A stretch of DNA of 61,970 nt. Source: Aplysia californica. Lineage: Eukaryota. Under the pieces are notes generated by a model that did not search any database, was not told where the DNA came from, and was given only the letters and a program-made list of their open reading frames with translations. The translations under genes were made by a program, and so were the position numbers. Positions 1 through 14,150 of the stretch are shown piece after piece. Every line of letters begins with the position of its first letter. The first letter of the stretch is position 1. The stretch is taken from the NCBI RefSeq assembly GCF_000002075.1, contig NW_004797282.1, positions 2,292,830-2,354,799 on the forward strand. The letters are read 5' to 3'.

Positions 1-566
1 AGAGAGAGAGAGAGAGAGAGAGACTGCAATTATATAATACATACTTAACGTCAACAAAGAATAGGAACAATTTCAATAGTTCAAGACTTGAATTTAATAG
101 GGACAAGAGAGATTTCAACAAAACCATAATCTACACAAGTTGCAAATACATTTCTAAAAAAATGTTCTCATTGAACCTGTGGAAAAAATGAAAGTGAACC
201 AGTTTTGGAGAATACGGGAGGGTACATAGATCTAGATCTATGTCTAAACAGCAGATAACAGGTTAAGAAAATCTTCATTGGACCCTTGTCCTCTTTCCAT
301 TCAACGATGTTTTGTCCCAATCTTAAAATTAAAGAAAGAAACCCTTAAGTCTGTTTCTGAGAGTCGTATTTGTTTCGAAAAATTGTTACTTTTTAATAGA
401 AAACAAAAAGTTAATTTTTAATTTTGAAAGATAAAGTTAATCGTTTCTCCCTCCCACTTCCTTTTCAAGCCTGCTTTGGGTGTGAGGAGGGGGGATGTCT
501 TAAGCAAAGTATCACATAATAGTGTACCCTCCCTCCGCGTCCTCTTCCCTCTTTCTTTGAGTCTGT

Positions 567-3500
567 TTAGGCCTCAACACAGTCACTGAGATCTACGTCG
601 AATAGTTTTTGGGGTACTGGTATCTCCGTAGGGTTCACGAAGGAAAGGATCTTACTGAGGCCATTTTTCTTGTCCACCAGATTTGCGGAGATGGGGAAGC
701 ATTTGTCCTTAGACATCACCCACGTTTCTTTCACGTCTGCGTTCTAGACAAAAAACAAAATAAAACATTAAAGGACCACAAAAACTTAAAGGAGTCGTGG
801 TACTAAGATGTCGTATTTTTTAAGTCACCCTGTAATGAGACAATGTACATTCAAGATGATCAATATTTCAATGATAAAACACACAAAAGCATTCTCGACT
901 TCCCAGTAGACATACAGTGCAAGCAGCCGATTAAGTTTTCATACACTAACTAACTATTGAGATCTTCCGCTACCTGTTCCTAAATTGGCGGAGTACAGAG
1001 TGTCAGACCCAGAACGGGCTTTGAATCCACGACCTTTGAGTTACAAGCCCGAAAACCTTGACTGTTTAACCGCGTCCTCAGTTTCACCAGGCAACCTCCA
1101 TGAGATAGCTTTAAGGATATACGAGTATTTCTAGGCGTGCTGACAAAATGAATCAATTCTCGGAGTTTAGCCATGCGGAAACAAATAGAAACATCACATT
1201 TACTGGTTGGGTATATGAAATGATAAAACACAGATATTTAACTTGAAGTAAAGGGTATCAATTGAAAAATTTACAAATTTTAGGAGTCTATTATTTTTTG
1301 GCATACATCTCCACTGGCGTATTACGAGAAATAACTCCTTTTATCAACACGCCAATGTCGTGGAGCCTTACTTATCACCGTGAAGCTCTGGTTCTAACTA
1401 GGTCCACTTTCGACAATTATTTGTTTGGAATATTAGAAGAGTCATAAATAAGTAGGCAATTTTAGATACTTTTATGTCCAGGCGAGTTCTGCATGGGTTG
1501 ATGGTGAAACCCCACACTCTTTCTGGCAAGCCAACCTCAAGTCTTCTCCCCGTCATTGTCGACCAGTCTGGGGACCCCTGATGTGTGCATAGGAGCAGGG
1601 GTTGCAGACGGAGCTCTGGCCAGGAGGTACCATAGTTCTGCGAGGTGCAATGTGAGCAACGACCCTTCGGCCCGAAGAAGGGTCTGCACACATCCACCAT
1701 TATTGTAGGTCTTTCGTCAAAGCAGGCCAACCTGTTCATTCAGGAACTCACTGTCGACATCTTCTTCACTCCCTCTCTCGGGAGCTCTACAGACGGGGCA
1801 TGGCACCCACAGACTGCGAGATGACTCATCGTGTGGTGTCTCCGCGGACCCAGAAGGCCTTGTAGCAGTAAGGAATAGGCTGCCTGGAAACATATGACGT
1901 CCCTACTGATATCCTTGCAAATGCTCACTGATCCATGACGGGACGATCCTCTGTCTGAGTAGATTTGGCCATCCCTTGAATTATTCTGCTCCATGAACGG
2001 AAATGTTAATAGCAGATAGCCAACTGATGGCGGGAATTGGACAAACGCAAGCTAAACTATGTAATGTAGGAGACTCGCTGTGGACGGAATGCGTTAGCCT
2101 TTACTCAACGGGACCCCTTACTGGACTGCTCAGACGATCACTGGTCATTGGTTGCTTTTTTTGGCTCCCATCCCTCAGAAATAGAGTGTGCCTACACCCC
2201 CTTATAACTGTCTACTATATAAGAAATCCCTGTGATGATGGATGGAAAACAGGACTGCGAACATTGTATCTTCGTTCTCTTGCGGCAAGATGTTTGGGCA
2301 CAAGCCAGTGTCAGAATAAGACTACCACTTAACTGAGATCCTACAGGGATGCATACAAGCCTTCAGATCCCCCAAACCAATAGAATGCCTCTACAATAAA
2401 TACAACTCTACGAGGTAGAATGTCGCCTCGGTTATGAAGGTCCGCGCTTTCTGCCTTCTTCCGGGAGCGGGAGTGCCAAGTCAGCTACTGGGACCCACGC
2501 TGCGGATATAGGGGCCATAGGCAACACACAGATACCACAGACTCCCCAACCTACAGACACACAAACATTGAATTGCAGCCTTACATCTCATCAATACAGA
2601 ACAAGAAAATGGAACTTGCAAAGATGCTGTCAGACTTAAAAATTTATGTAGCCCTGCTACTGGAAACCCAAATACCCAAGCGGATAGAGTTTCATTTGAC
2701 ATGCTACACAATGTTCCACTGCAAGTGCACCAAATGTCAAGGTATCGCAACCCTCATTCGGAATGACATCACGGCCGAGGTTTCTCACCCAGAAACCGAT
2801 GACGAAACTGACATGCAGGAAGTGAAAGTGCAGCAGTCGGATGGAACAACCTACACCATCTACAATGTATACTGCTCACCGAGAACTACTCTGCAGCTCA
2901 ATTTCCGTAAAACATACCACAAACATACATTCTTGCGGGAGATTTCAATGAACGCTCTCCGCTGTGGGGTTACAGTGATAAAGACACGACATTAACAGTT
3001 CTAGAAGAACTACTGAGATTAAGCAACCTCATTTCACTTCAATATGACAAGACACCACCCACCCTACTTCATAGAGCCAGCGGAACTCTCAGCACATCAG
3101 ACTTGACTTTGGTCTCAGACCTTCACCCGCACCGCTCCATGACTGTCCGAGATGACATAGGAAGGTCCTAGATGACATAGGAGGTGACCACCACCCAATC
3201 CTACTGCAGATATCCAGCAACATGAAACGAGAGCGACCAACCCCATAAGACGCAGTTGGAACTACAAGAAAGCAAACTGGGAGCTCTACCAATAGAATTC
3301 TGAAAGTAGACTCTTGAGAGTATGCACGACCAACCAAATTGATGAGGGCTGCAAGGACATCGCCACAGCACTAAAGACATCTGCTAAGAAAGCGATTCCA
3401 TGAGGGAACCCAAAGAAGTTCGCCCATTATTGAGACAAAGAACTGGAACAGCTAGCTGACCAAGGCCAGAAAGAAAGCCAGATGGCGAGCTGAGAAAAAC

Positions 3501-6367
3501 CCAACAGCCGAAAACAGAAAGCACTACAACTACCTGACTGCCAAGGTAAAACTGAAGAGTAAAAATGTTAAAAGAAAAACTTGGAAAGAACATTGTGGAG
3601 AACTAGACCTGCTTAAGGGCGGGAGGAAAACCTGGAACCTGCTCGTCAATCTCTCAGTCACAAAAAGAAGGAATTTCCCTGTCCCAATGAAACCAACTGA
3701 GAAAGGAAAAACATGAAGAGCTGAGGTTATGAATAAATACTTTGCTAGCATCAACAAGAAAGGAAACCAGAACAAACTGAGCAACACAATAAAGCAGCTG
3801 ACCAAAAGTGCCGAACAGACCCCCAAGGCAAACCTGGATGTGTTTGAGTAGGAGTTTATTTTGACGGAATTGAAGACTGCTCACAAAAAGTGTAAAAAGA
3901 GAAATGCTCCAAGACCAGACCACATCACCAATGAGATGATCCTCAACATGGCAGACTCTTCCCTTTCCATACTTTTGGACTTCTTCAACAGAACCTGGAA
4001 TGAGGGACAGCTTCCAATAGAATGGAAGAAGGCAAACATCACACCAATACTGAAGGACAAACCAGCAAGCCAGCCTTCAAGCTGTAGACCAATCTCTTTA
4101 ACATCATGCCTGAGTAAGGTCGTATAGAGAGATTGGTCAACGACAGACTTTACTGGTGGATGGAAAACACCGGCACAATCAGCACATCACAGACAGGATT
4201 CAGGAAAGGCAAAAGAGCTATAGACTACCTCATCAGATTTTCCCAGAAGACCAGGGATGCCTTACAAGATAAAAACAATGTTGTGACCTGAGGCAGGCGT
4301 ATGATCGTGTGTGGAGACAGGGACTGTTCTACAAAATACAAAACCTTGGGATAGCAGGAAGGATGTACAGCTGGGTCAAGAACTTTCTGTCTAGCAGAAC
4401 TATCGAGACTTCGTATGACAACAAGATTTTTTCACAGAGGACACTCGAGGAGGATCTTCCACAGAAGCCAGAACTCAGCTGTACCCTCTTCCTGTTGTTT
4501 ATAAACGACTTGCCAGATGCATCTCCAGACAGAAAGCACTCTACCCTAACGACTTGGTCATCTGCAGCAAAGGAAGTGACATGAGAGTATTGAACCATGC
4601 CATTAACATGGACCTGAATACTATCTCGTCCTACTGCCCGCTATGGAAGATGGAAATCAGCACACACAAGACTGTTTTTGGACTCTTCAGCCTCAAAAAC
4701 AAGATTACAGCAGGTCAGGTAAACCAGGTAAACCTGAAGATCAATGGAACCAACATTAAATATGAGGACTATCCCAAGTACCTTGGTGTACAACTGGAAC
4801 GAAATTTGTCTCTCAAAAAGCACTTAGGTGAGCTGACCAAGAAAGCCACCTCCAGACTAAACCGTCTGAAATTACTTTCATCAATCAACTGGGAAACTGA
4901 CAAAGCAACCCTCCGACAACTCTGGGTATGTCAGATCTGTGATTGATTACTCCCTACCACTACAATCCATAGCCAGCCAAAGCTCTTTGGCCCAGTTTGA
5001 CAGAGTAGAGAACCATGCGCTCCGATTTGTTTATGGCCACTCTTACTATCGCCTGCAAAATCCACACCAATATAGAACGACTGAACCTCAGAAGAAAGAG
5101 TGCTACACTCGAAACCTACGAAAGATTTGTGCGGCTAGAAGACACGAATGAAAACAGGAAAATGGCAGATGAGTGGGAACCAAGAATACGCGTTCAGGAG
5201 ACCTCCTTCATACGAGGAGCAACAAAACTACTTAAGGAGTTTGACCCACCTTAGAACTGAGAACCAATCTCCAACATCAGCAGTAAACCTTCATAATATT
5301 GGCAGGCACCAGAAATCAAAATAAGGACGAAACTTTTAGACCTCTCTTGTGACAAGAAGAAATCCAGAAGAGGTCTGACCAGAAGAAATCCCCAAAACCT
5401 GGAGACAGTGGACTCGTATGCTGAAACTCCAATACATGCACACACAGATAGGTCAGCAACAAACGGTACACGGAATACTGGATACGGATCTATCATCAAA
5501 TATCGAAACAACATTGGAAAAAAGAAGCAGACCCAACTATCTGTCCCATGTGGAACATACAGCTCCAACTATGATGCAGAGAGAGTTGCCATAACAAAGA
5601 CCCTGGAGGAAATCACCCAAGACTTTTTTGAAGACGCAGTATCAGCAGGAGATGTTATTGTCTTCTCTGACTCAATGTTAGTACTCCAAGCTGTCGAGGG
5701 AGGTTGAGACTACAGAGGTGACGGGAACATTCTCAGCTTTGTAAAACAGAAGGGCACTTCCTTTGGCGTCCGGAGCACACTGCACGGGGTGCCTAGCCGT
5801 TCTAGAGTACCAGGGAATGAAACTCCAGACCAGCTATCAAAGGCTGGAGTAAGCCTGTCCCAAACAGACACAGTCGCCTCTTTACAGACCTTTACAGGGA
5901 TCATCCAAGCCAAAAACAGACAAGTGGCTAAGGAGATGGGCCAAGGAAGAAACAGGAAGGTCTCTCTTCGGGTACATGGTAAAAATAACCCCTAAGGTCC
6001 TTCGAATCTCCTATGTAGAGCTGATCAGACAATGATCTTCAGAGCCCGCACATGACGCTTACACACCAACAAGCACATAAACAGAATTAACCCACCTAGG
6101 AACCCCATTGCAGGCACTGTGACTACCACTAGGAGACCGTTGAACATCTTCTCCTTCAATGCCCAAACCTGGCAGTTCTTTGACACAGGCTCCTACAAAC
6201 ACAAACAGACTTACAAAGCCTGCTCTTCTGAGGCATTTACCAGATGAAAAGGACGTGTGGTTACTTGAGAGAGGCATTGCGCAGCTAAGAGCGAAATGGT
6301 CTCAGCTAAAAGGATTTGAAAACAAAAACAACAACATGCCCAGGCGTGCGGTAGGAAAGGGGAGGGG

Positions 6368-6399
<32 letters not shown>

Positions 6400-9300
6400 T
6401 ACATTTCTCAGCATATCTTCGATTAATCTTACAAATGGGGGGAGCTGACAGAATATTTGGTTTCTGACCTCATGGCCATAGTAACTCAAAATGGCCAAAA
6501 ATGTTGGACAGAACTTTGTACTTGTAAGGTAGCCATTTAACATCGGTTTTTATTAGCAGAGCAAAGTCTGTTATTAATTATTCTAATGGTCAACTCACGT
6601 CCACTTCCCAGGCAGCCACGTCAGGAGCTTCATAGACCAGAGTGGCGTCTTGATCGATACAATGAGGCACGTACTGCTTGTTGGGCAGGTCAGTTACTCT
6701 GGCAGGGAGGGAAAGTACATCATCCATTAAATCCTTTCTATCGTAATCATCTTGTAATTTAAGTATTCTTATAACCTATAAAGCATTCAATGTTAGAATA
6801 CTATTGAGTTACACCACATCATGTTTTCATGAAAAGACAAAAGCTCAACTATTTCCGAACTATGGACTACACAGATTTTCATTTATTAGGCATTTAAATG
6901 TATCATGAGGAAGTATTATTTTTTTAGGGTACTTTTTAACTTTTTAATGGGGGGGGGGGGTGTACACCCCAAAAGTCCCGAATCCACTCAAGACTATGGA
7001 TTTTAAGTTGCAGGCATTTCTAGCTTCTTCAGCCTCTCTTTCTATTATTTCATCGCATAAGAACCCCCTAAAGCATTATTACTTCCCATACCGGGCATTA
7101 CTGTCTCCACCATTTCCTCGTGAAGTCTTTTATTTTTCTTTATCGCCCGTTTTCTCGAAACGTAGTTTTTCTATATACTTTAAAAAAATTACTCCACCAT
7201 TTTTCTTTCAAACTTCTTGAAACTTTTGCAGAATGAAGAAAAGATGTATGTTTGATATATGGAATAGTTTTTTGTTGCTGGTCTATGGAGTGTGGATTTT
7301 CATGGATTTTTTGCAAACGTGAATACTACCTCAGAAAAAAAATCATAAAAGATTTTCTAGTACAATTAGGAAAAGTTCCTCTCACAGATTTGTAGATCTA
7401 TTGTTTGCAAAGATGCATGCAAAAGAACAATTTATTTCCATGAAAACTAAGTGCTGTATCAATTTCGTAAGACATGTCAACAAAACCCATTATGGCCGCC
7501 ATATCTATGGAAACACAACATTTTATCACAAATTTGAAGGCGGATTTTTAAACGTCTTATTATGATTGTTATATTTGTGAAATTTGCTAACATTTGATCC
7601 ACTAATCAGCGAGAGAGCCTTCAGATGTAGCCCGTCCTCTTAACATTGAAGATGGCTACTATAAAGTGACCAATACCCGTACTTGGGGTACGCACCCTCT
7701 CCTCATGCCGTGCACCTCAAGTGAAGCTGAATCTATTCGTGATACATACATGTTCACTGAGAATTGCTCGATACTATAAATAGCAGTGCGCATGAACACC
7801 TATGTCAACTGAAATACGTATGTAGCTTAATAATATCAATGTTAACAATTATCATGGTTGAGTTACCTTATGCATGTGGCGGGGAGCCTGTTTGTGAATG
7901 TAAACATACTATTGCATATTATGGTTATGTGTGCAGATGTGTNNNNNNNNNNNNNNNNNNNNNNNNNNNNNNNNNNNNNNNNNNNNNNNNNNNNNNNNNN
8001 NNNNNNNNNNNNNNNNNNNNNNNNNNNNNNNNNNNNNNNNNNNNNNNNNNNNNNNNNNNNNNNNNNNNNNNNNNNNNNNNNNNNNNNNNNNNNNNNNNNN
8101 NNNNNNNNNNNNNNNNNNNNNNNNNNNNNNNNNNNNNNNNNTATATGTGCCAGGATATAGACAATAAATATTTATCTTGTCTATCTTATCTATAAAATGG
8201 GGTTGGGGGGGGGGGGATGAGATGTTGCAATTTGTGATTAGCTGAGCCAGGCACGATATAAATGCTGTATAATATTCTACGATCAAATTGCATGAGTTAA
8301 CTTTTATGAATTAAATTGTAAATCACAATAAGTCGACACCCTGCTCATCAATAACACGGTCACTTCATGATCTTGAGATTTAAAAAAAAGTCAAACTTTC
8401 ATTTTCTATCTGAATCAGCATCATTTAGTGAAAAATAAAAACGTAATGCCTGTACAGTATTGGGTGTTATGAATTATGGCTGACACATTAAATGAGACAC
8501 ATTGTTATTGGAAGAAATAGAATCTGTCCATGTGGATATTACATGCATTTGCCATTCAGTCTGGTGTATCTTTTCCCAGCAACCTCGTCCATGAAGATAT
8601 AGTCGCCCTCTTGTCCCAGGACGTAAGCAATGACCTTGCCTTGAGTGAAGTCCGTGATAGCAAGATCCCAACNNNNNNNNNNNNNNNNNNNNNNNNNNNN
8701 NNNNNNNNNNNNNNNNNNNNNNNNNNNNNNNNNNNNNNNNNNNNNNNNNNNNNNNNNNNNNNNNNNNNNNNNNNNNNNNNNNNNNNNNNNNNNNNNNNNN
8801 NNNNNNNNNNNNNNNNNNNNNNNNNNGGATAGAGAATGAGATGTGTGGGATCAGAATAAATATGACAAAGACTGTAGGCGTAAGCATCCAGGAAGTCAAG
8901 ATATGAAAAAAGGCAAGTGGTACGTTAAGCATTTTGTCAATCTACGTCCGCAATGTCTATCTCTCAGGCAAAGACGTATTATGCATACTGCATTGAGATT
9001 ATCTGTCAATACTTTCAAAAAGCCATAGATGCTGTTGTTTTGCCGTAATCAACTTTCAGACTATTTTCCTGAGGGCTATCGTTAAGTGTCCGTTTTGTGA
9101 GTTCCACAGCTGTACTCGGGAAGAGACAGAAGCAAGTGAGGCTATGACTCTGGCTGAAGACTAGGTCCTCGGGTATGTAGGAGTGTGTTGCTGTGTCATC
9201 CACATTGCCACATCTTTGACCCTTCTGACTTGCATAATTTCTAGCCCAAAAGCAAAATAAAGCACGAAAGAGACCGATATTTTTATCGTAGAATATCGAG

Positions 9301-9980
9301 ACTATTTAATATTCTTTAATGAAGTTTTTAAAAATCTTCCATGGACACGATTTAGATCATTTAGGTAAATATGCTTGTCAGGCCTATCTTGGTTGAGAGG
9401 GATACAACACCCTATCCGAAAGATATTTTCAATAGAAATTATCCCCACACAGGAATCGAACGTTCAACGACAACACACCAAACTGCTACGTTACAAGAAA
9501 TGTTTTAATGACGTAATATACAAATTATTCTGAGACGAACTGCAAGGAACAAAAACGTCGACGATCTTCAAGGTTGAAGTATTTAGTACTTGCAGAATAT
9601 TGATTAAAAATGATACTCAGAATTTATTCAAATTTATACAAATTATTCTGGGACGAACAACTGAGAACAAAAATGTGATCGATTTTTAAGAATAAAAAAT
9701 TTAGCAGTTGCTGAATGATGATTAAATGTTGATACGTTAAGTTTATTCAGATTGATGGGAAAGCGTTATTGTGACAGTCAACAGCAAAAGTTTCTAAATA
9801 GAATAGTTGACAGAGTTGCGTCAAAAGGTATACCTCGTCCCCCATGTTGTAGACAGTGATGGAAAACGAGTCTGGCATACAACAGGGTGTGGTCCCAGAC
9901 GATGGAACAGCTCCTGAGGTCGACGCAAAGGTCAAGGCCACAGCCACCAGAGGCAGGACCATACGGGCAGAAAGATCCAT
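567..9980 (-). CDS. Secreted ependymin-related (EPDR-like) protein, paralog A; 4 coding exons, 184 aa
   Basis: Exons (minus): 9980..9834, 8673..8543 (first base and acceptor in an N gap), 6698..6599, 743..567. Visible boundaries are GT/AG, phases 0/2/0, total 555 nt. Protein: MDLSARMVLPLVAVALTFASTSGAVPSSGTTPCCMPDSFSITVYNMGDE|RWDLAITDFTQGKVIAYVLGQEGDYIFMDEVAGKRYTRLNGKC|IVTDLPNKQYVPHCIDQDATLVYEAPDVAAWEVD|NADVKETWVMSKDKCFPISANLVDKKNGLSKILSFVNPTEIPVPQKLFDVDLSDCVEA*. The hydrophobic signal peptide, CCxPxxF, CIxxxA, a conserved W, CxP and C-terminal F...P..F.....C resemble the ependymin family. The gene model is firmer than the family call. Confidence 0.85.
1485..6335 (+). mobile_element. Apparently full-length but decayed non-LTR retrotransposon (APE-RT-RNase H-CCHC; I group, Ingi-like) in the last intron of paralog A
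   Basis: APE motifs (LLETQ, IYNVYCSP, LAGDFN ~2930-2950), RT motifs (RPISLTSCLSK, QTGFRKG, LFLLFINDL, KYLGV), RNase H (HTDRSA, YDAERVAI, FSDSMLVLQA, VPGNE) and a C-terminal CRHC...EHLLLQC. (CAA)-rich tail at ~6320-6335. 11-bp TSD with one mismatch: ATGTCCAGGCG 1474..1484 / ATGCCCAGGCG 6336..6346. Many stops and frameshifts. Absent from the corresponding intron of paralog B. Confidence 0.9.
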
Positions 9981-10610
9981 TTTGTGGTAAAAAGTCGTCC
10001 GGAATGTGCTATAACATAAAGTTAATACTACATGTATTCATAATGGAGATAAAGAATAAAAGGAATAATAATTTACGTCTACAGCAAACAACAAGATATA
10101 GAAACAACAGGTATCAGATCTGTAGACTTTGCCCCTGCCTCATTACTCCGGAACTAGCTTTCATACAACAAATAAAGTAAGTTATCGAACCTTAAATCAG
10201 ATGATTTAGCAAAGAGATTTTGACCTCAATATTTTATGTCCAAGGGGGTCGTTTACTAATCCATAGACTTGACAGCCGTAGTCAAGCTTGGACCTGACAT
10301 AGAACAGAAAAGGTGGAGGACGTGTCTGGAGTCCACCCCCCCCCCCTCTAACTCCGGGGGATACAAAGTTTTAAAAAGATTTAATACTACCTGGCACCTG
10401 ACATGAATGTTTTTATTGACCTGACTATAGACAGTGAACGATCTTGTCAATTTGATAGTGTTTGAGCGCGTGAAATCCGCAGCTTGCACTGTATGCTTCC
10501 GCGGAAGCCGAGAATGTTTCTGAGTGTTCTCAGAGGGTCTGCTGGGGTAATAATAGTTGTAAAGCGCATAGAACATGATCTTGAGCGTGGATATGTGCTA
10601 CATGAATGCA

Positions 10611-10623
10611 ATTATTATTATTA

Positions 10624-10654
<31 letters not shown>

Positions 10655-10655
10655 A

Positions 10656-10698
<43 letters not shown>
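10611..10698. repeat. (ATT)n microsatellite (SINE tail)
   Basis: Direct reading. Confidence 0.95.
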
Positions 10699-11365
10699 GT
10701 ACGTGATGAGAGTTAATGTTTTGTCAAAAATTACTCCTCGGACACGAGGACGGGAATCCTCTACCCGCATAATGTCAACCTAGGTTGTAACACACGTCTG
10801 TGGGTCAGCAGAAGTGCACTGTAATCGGCTCTGACGTGGAAAACTTCAAACTGGTTTTATTTGCCCATTTTTCAAGTTTGAGCAGCAGCGTCTTCTGTTA
10901 TTGCCCCAAAGACCTTACTCGAGGATTCCTAGATCGGTAGCATAATAATACCAGAAATTCATCAGCGTTTTACAAGCTCTTTGTGGTTTTTTGAGGGCCC
11001 AAATGACGGATTTGGTTTAATTTCAAATAGGAGAAGAAAAAGTTGGTTAAGATCGACAGAGAAGATCCGACACAAACCTAGAAGGAGCAGGTGACCGTTT
11101 AGACCGAGAGTATACAGCACTCTGCTGAGAATACCGGGCATCAAGGTTATGTCAAAAGATTTTTTGCTAGTCACTGAAGGCCCCGAAATGCCGTTCATTA
11201 ATACTTAATCTATTGAGAAGTCATGTTGCATAAAGTGGTTCTCAAAATCGTTTGAAAGTGAAGTCTAGAAAAGTCAATGCTTGGCAGAGCAGGACTATCT
11301 TATTGTAAGTAAAATATTGATTATTATATTATTAGCTCAACAGTTAAACATTAATTTAATTACTT

Positions 11366-11719
11366 GATAATAATAAATAATAAATAGCATTTGTACAGCG
11401 CACTACCTCGCTCTACAGCAAGCTCTAGTGCTTTACACTATAATATATTATTACCCCAGCAGACCATAGAACACTCAGAAACATTCTAGGCTTCCCAAGA
11501 AGCATATTATTATTGTGAAAGCAACTGACAAAGCGCTCAAACACAAACTGACAAGATCTTTCACTTTCTATAGCTGGTTACCCATTCCCACCTCGATGAG
11601 GTGAGGACAATTTATGTAAAGCTCCTTTCCGAAGGACACAACGTCCGGTCCCTGATGGGATTCGAACCCACGACCTTACGGTTGCGAGCTTTAGAGCCTA
11701 ACCACTAGGCCACCTATGC
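11366..11719 (-). mobile_element. tRNA-derived SINE (family 1)
   Basis: Minus strand A-box-like TGGCCTAGTGG and B-box GGTTCGAATCCC, a GTGTCCTT...AAAG body and a simple-repeat tail. Related copies at ~850-1080, 10420-10700, 13040-13180, 16540-16800, 25090-25310, 47500-47660, 50830-51170 and 52790-53110. Confidence 0.75.
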
Positions 11720-11807
11720 CACAAGCTGGAATCTGTCAAACCTTTTTGTCAAGAGGATCAGATTGGTTCTGGACTGTTATAGTAACATAATATGTGGATG
11801 TGCACGT

Positions 11808-11877
11808 ACTTACCAAAGTCCAAAGCTCGGTCTGAAATGGTTTGCATTTTGACGAGAGCAGAGCATGGGTTTATATA
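11808..11877 (-). promoter_or_regulatory. TATA box and short non-coding first exon of paralog A
   Basis: Minus strand TATATAAA 11877..11870, predicted exon ~11850..11814, donor GTAAGT 11813..11808. The acceptor TTATAG ends at 10009, leaving 28 nt before the ATG. Homologous in all four paralogs. Confidence 0.65.
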
Positions 11878-13529
11878 CTGTTCTCCTGGCATCAATCCTA
11901 GATGTGCAATGGGCGATAGTGAGTTTTTAACTGCTCCCCGACAAAAGGTTAAATAATAAACATATTATTTTATTGGTCTGTTGTCACATTATTAATAAAA
12001 ATGACAATACTTTGTTAAGATCCAGATCCCCAAAACGTTATCCATTGCAGACAACGGCTGCTGTTCCGAGAGTGAGCAACGTCTGTCTGTTTCTATCGTT
12101 AGACTCTGATTTTTTCGACTATTTTTAGATTATTTAGGAAGCAGGCTTCCTTGATTCTTCCTATCAGGACCAAGCAGAGCTGAGAGGTTGAGACATCATC
12201 ACGCTAGACAGAATGATTGTGGAACTTGATTTTTTTTTAAAAGCCACATAAAAACGTCTTAGAAGCAATAAAAAAAGCTCCCTCAAGAATCAGGCTCATG
12301 TCTTCTGTGTGCAATTGAGCACCCTGTTAGCTGAGATGGTATCATGCTTTACTATTGAGTGGATGGCCCTGGTTCGAATCTCAGACTGGGAGGTCTTGAA
12401 CTAGGGTTTTAAAAAAAAAGTTTTCAAGACTCTCAATCCATATTATTTTAAGTCGGTCCCGTCGGGCACAGAGTTTCCGCTTCTTAAATTACACCCTAAT
12501 TGTATTGACAAGGGCGTTTAAACCATTCACTCACACTTTACTGTGTGCAACAGCGTTAGGGGAGCTTAAACTATTAAATCACTGGTGTTCGTTATGAAAT
12601 GTTGCGTTTACAGTGAAGTAATCCAGTGATTTAGTTCTTCGTGTTGGCTGGCAAAAGAAGCAAGCTCGATGACAATTAGGGGAAACTATTTAATATAATA
12701 ATAATAATAAAGATTTCATTTGTATAGCATATACGAGCAGCATTTGTTGTACGACTTACAATTATTATATGCTACCTCAGAATCACAAAGTTCTGACATC
12801 TTGGGCTATTTTGAGTTACAAAGACCATGAGGTCAGAAAAGAAATGCCTTATCTGCTCTATCAAAATCGTAAGGATATTCGAAGTCATTTATCGAGATAT
12901 ACAAAGAATTGCATTCGAAAAGGCTTGACATGTTGATGAAACTCAAAAGTTTTGACGTCGAATTTCTCCAAACTAGTTATTGAGTAGATAGAACGTTATA
13001 ACAAACTGATACGTTCGTTTGTGGTCTATGCCGGGAACTAAACCCTACCGTGGATGAAGTGAGGAAATTCGTGTAAGATGCCTTTCACAAGGACTGAATG
13101 TCAGTCAGACCCAAATATGATTCGAACCCACGACATTTTGGTTGAGATTCATAGAGCTTAACTACTAGAACTCCGATGCGGAGGTTAAGAATGAACTAGA
13201 ATAAATTCTTTAAAGTTTACGGACTTAGCTATTTTTCCTTCATCATTCTTTATTTACTTAATATTATTCAGTGAACAATGATGTGCACCGCTGTGAAAGA
13301 GGTTCTTGAAGGAAGGATGTGGGGGGCAGTAGATCCAGGGGTAGACAAAGAGTTTTTGAATGGTCAACAACAGAGTTCAGCACCAGAAAATCTATCACAC
13401 AACTGCATTTTTTGAACACACCCATACACTGTAAACAAAATTTAAAAATAACGACAAACTCATCAGACTATTCGCCCCAGGGTCATCGAAAACCTCAAAG
13501 CTTAGACTTTTCCCAAAATAGATATTGAA

Positions 13530-14150
13530 CAATTTCTTTTCCCCGACCCCCTTCCGTAGCACCTCACCAAGGCAAAAGTAGATCTATAACTCAACAAACA
13601 AATCAAGTACACACACCAAAACATTTAAAGCTGTATTAAAGCTAAACTAATTAAAACATGCTCCGATGCAGAGTATATCTTCACAGATGGCTCTAAATCA
13701 GACTTAGCTGTGGGCGTCTGCGCCCTGTGCTGAAACTCCATCCTGAAGCCTCCATTTTCTCTGCCAGAGGCCAGTTACAAAATTCCCCTAAAACACCTTT
13801 CCTTTTTCTGGACTTATCCGATAACTCTCCTAAAACATCTATCCTTATCCTGTCTGACTCTCTATCCTGCATCACCTCACACACAAATTACACTTTTCAT
13901 GCTCCCAAAAATAGTTAAGTTGCAACGAAAAATACCCACTTTAATGGAAAAGGGGAATAACATAGTGCTCACATAGCTCCCCAGCCGTGTGGGCATCCGA
14001 GGAAACGAGCAGGTCGATCTACCGACGAAGGAATCATTGTCCCTTCTGTTGGGATCAACGGAGAACATTCTCCAACAGACTGATTTTAAAGATAAGTAAA
14101 GAACTTTTACTAGATCTACACCTCCAGTCTGTGGGAGACGCAAGACTTAA
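13530..14150 (+). mobile_element. RNase H fragment of an I-group (Nimb/I-like) LINE
   Basis: Across frames: IFTDGSK (~13677-13697), LHPEASIFSA, ILSDSLSCI, PSRVGIRGNEQVD; degenerate. Confidence 0.75.
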
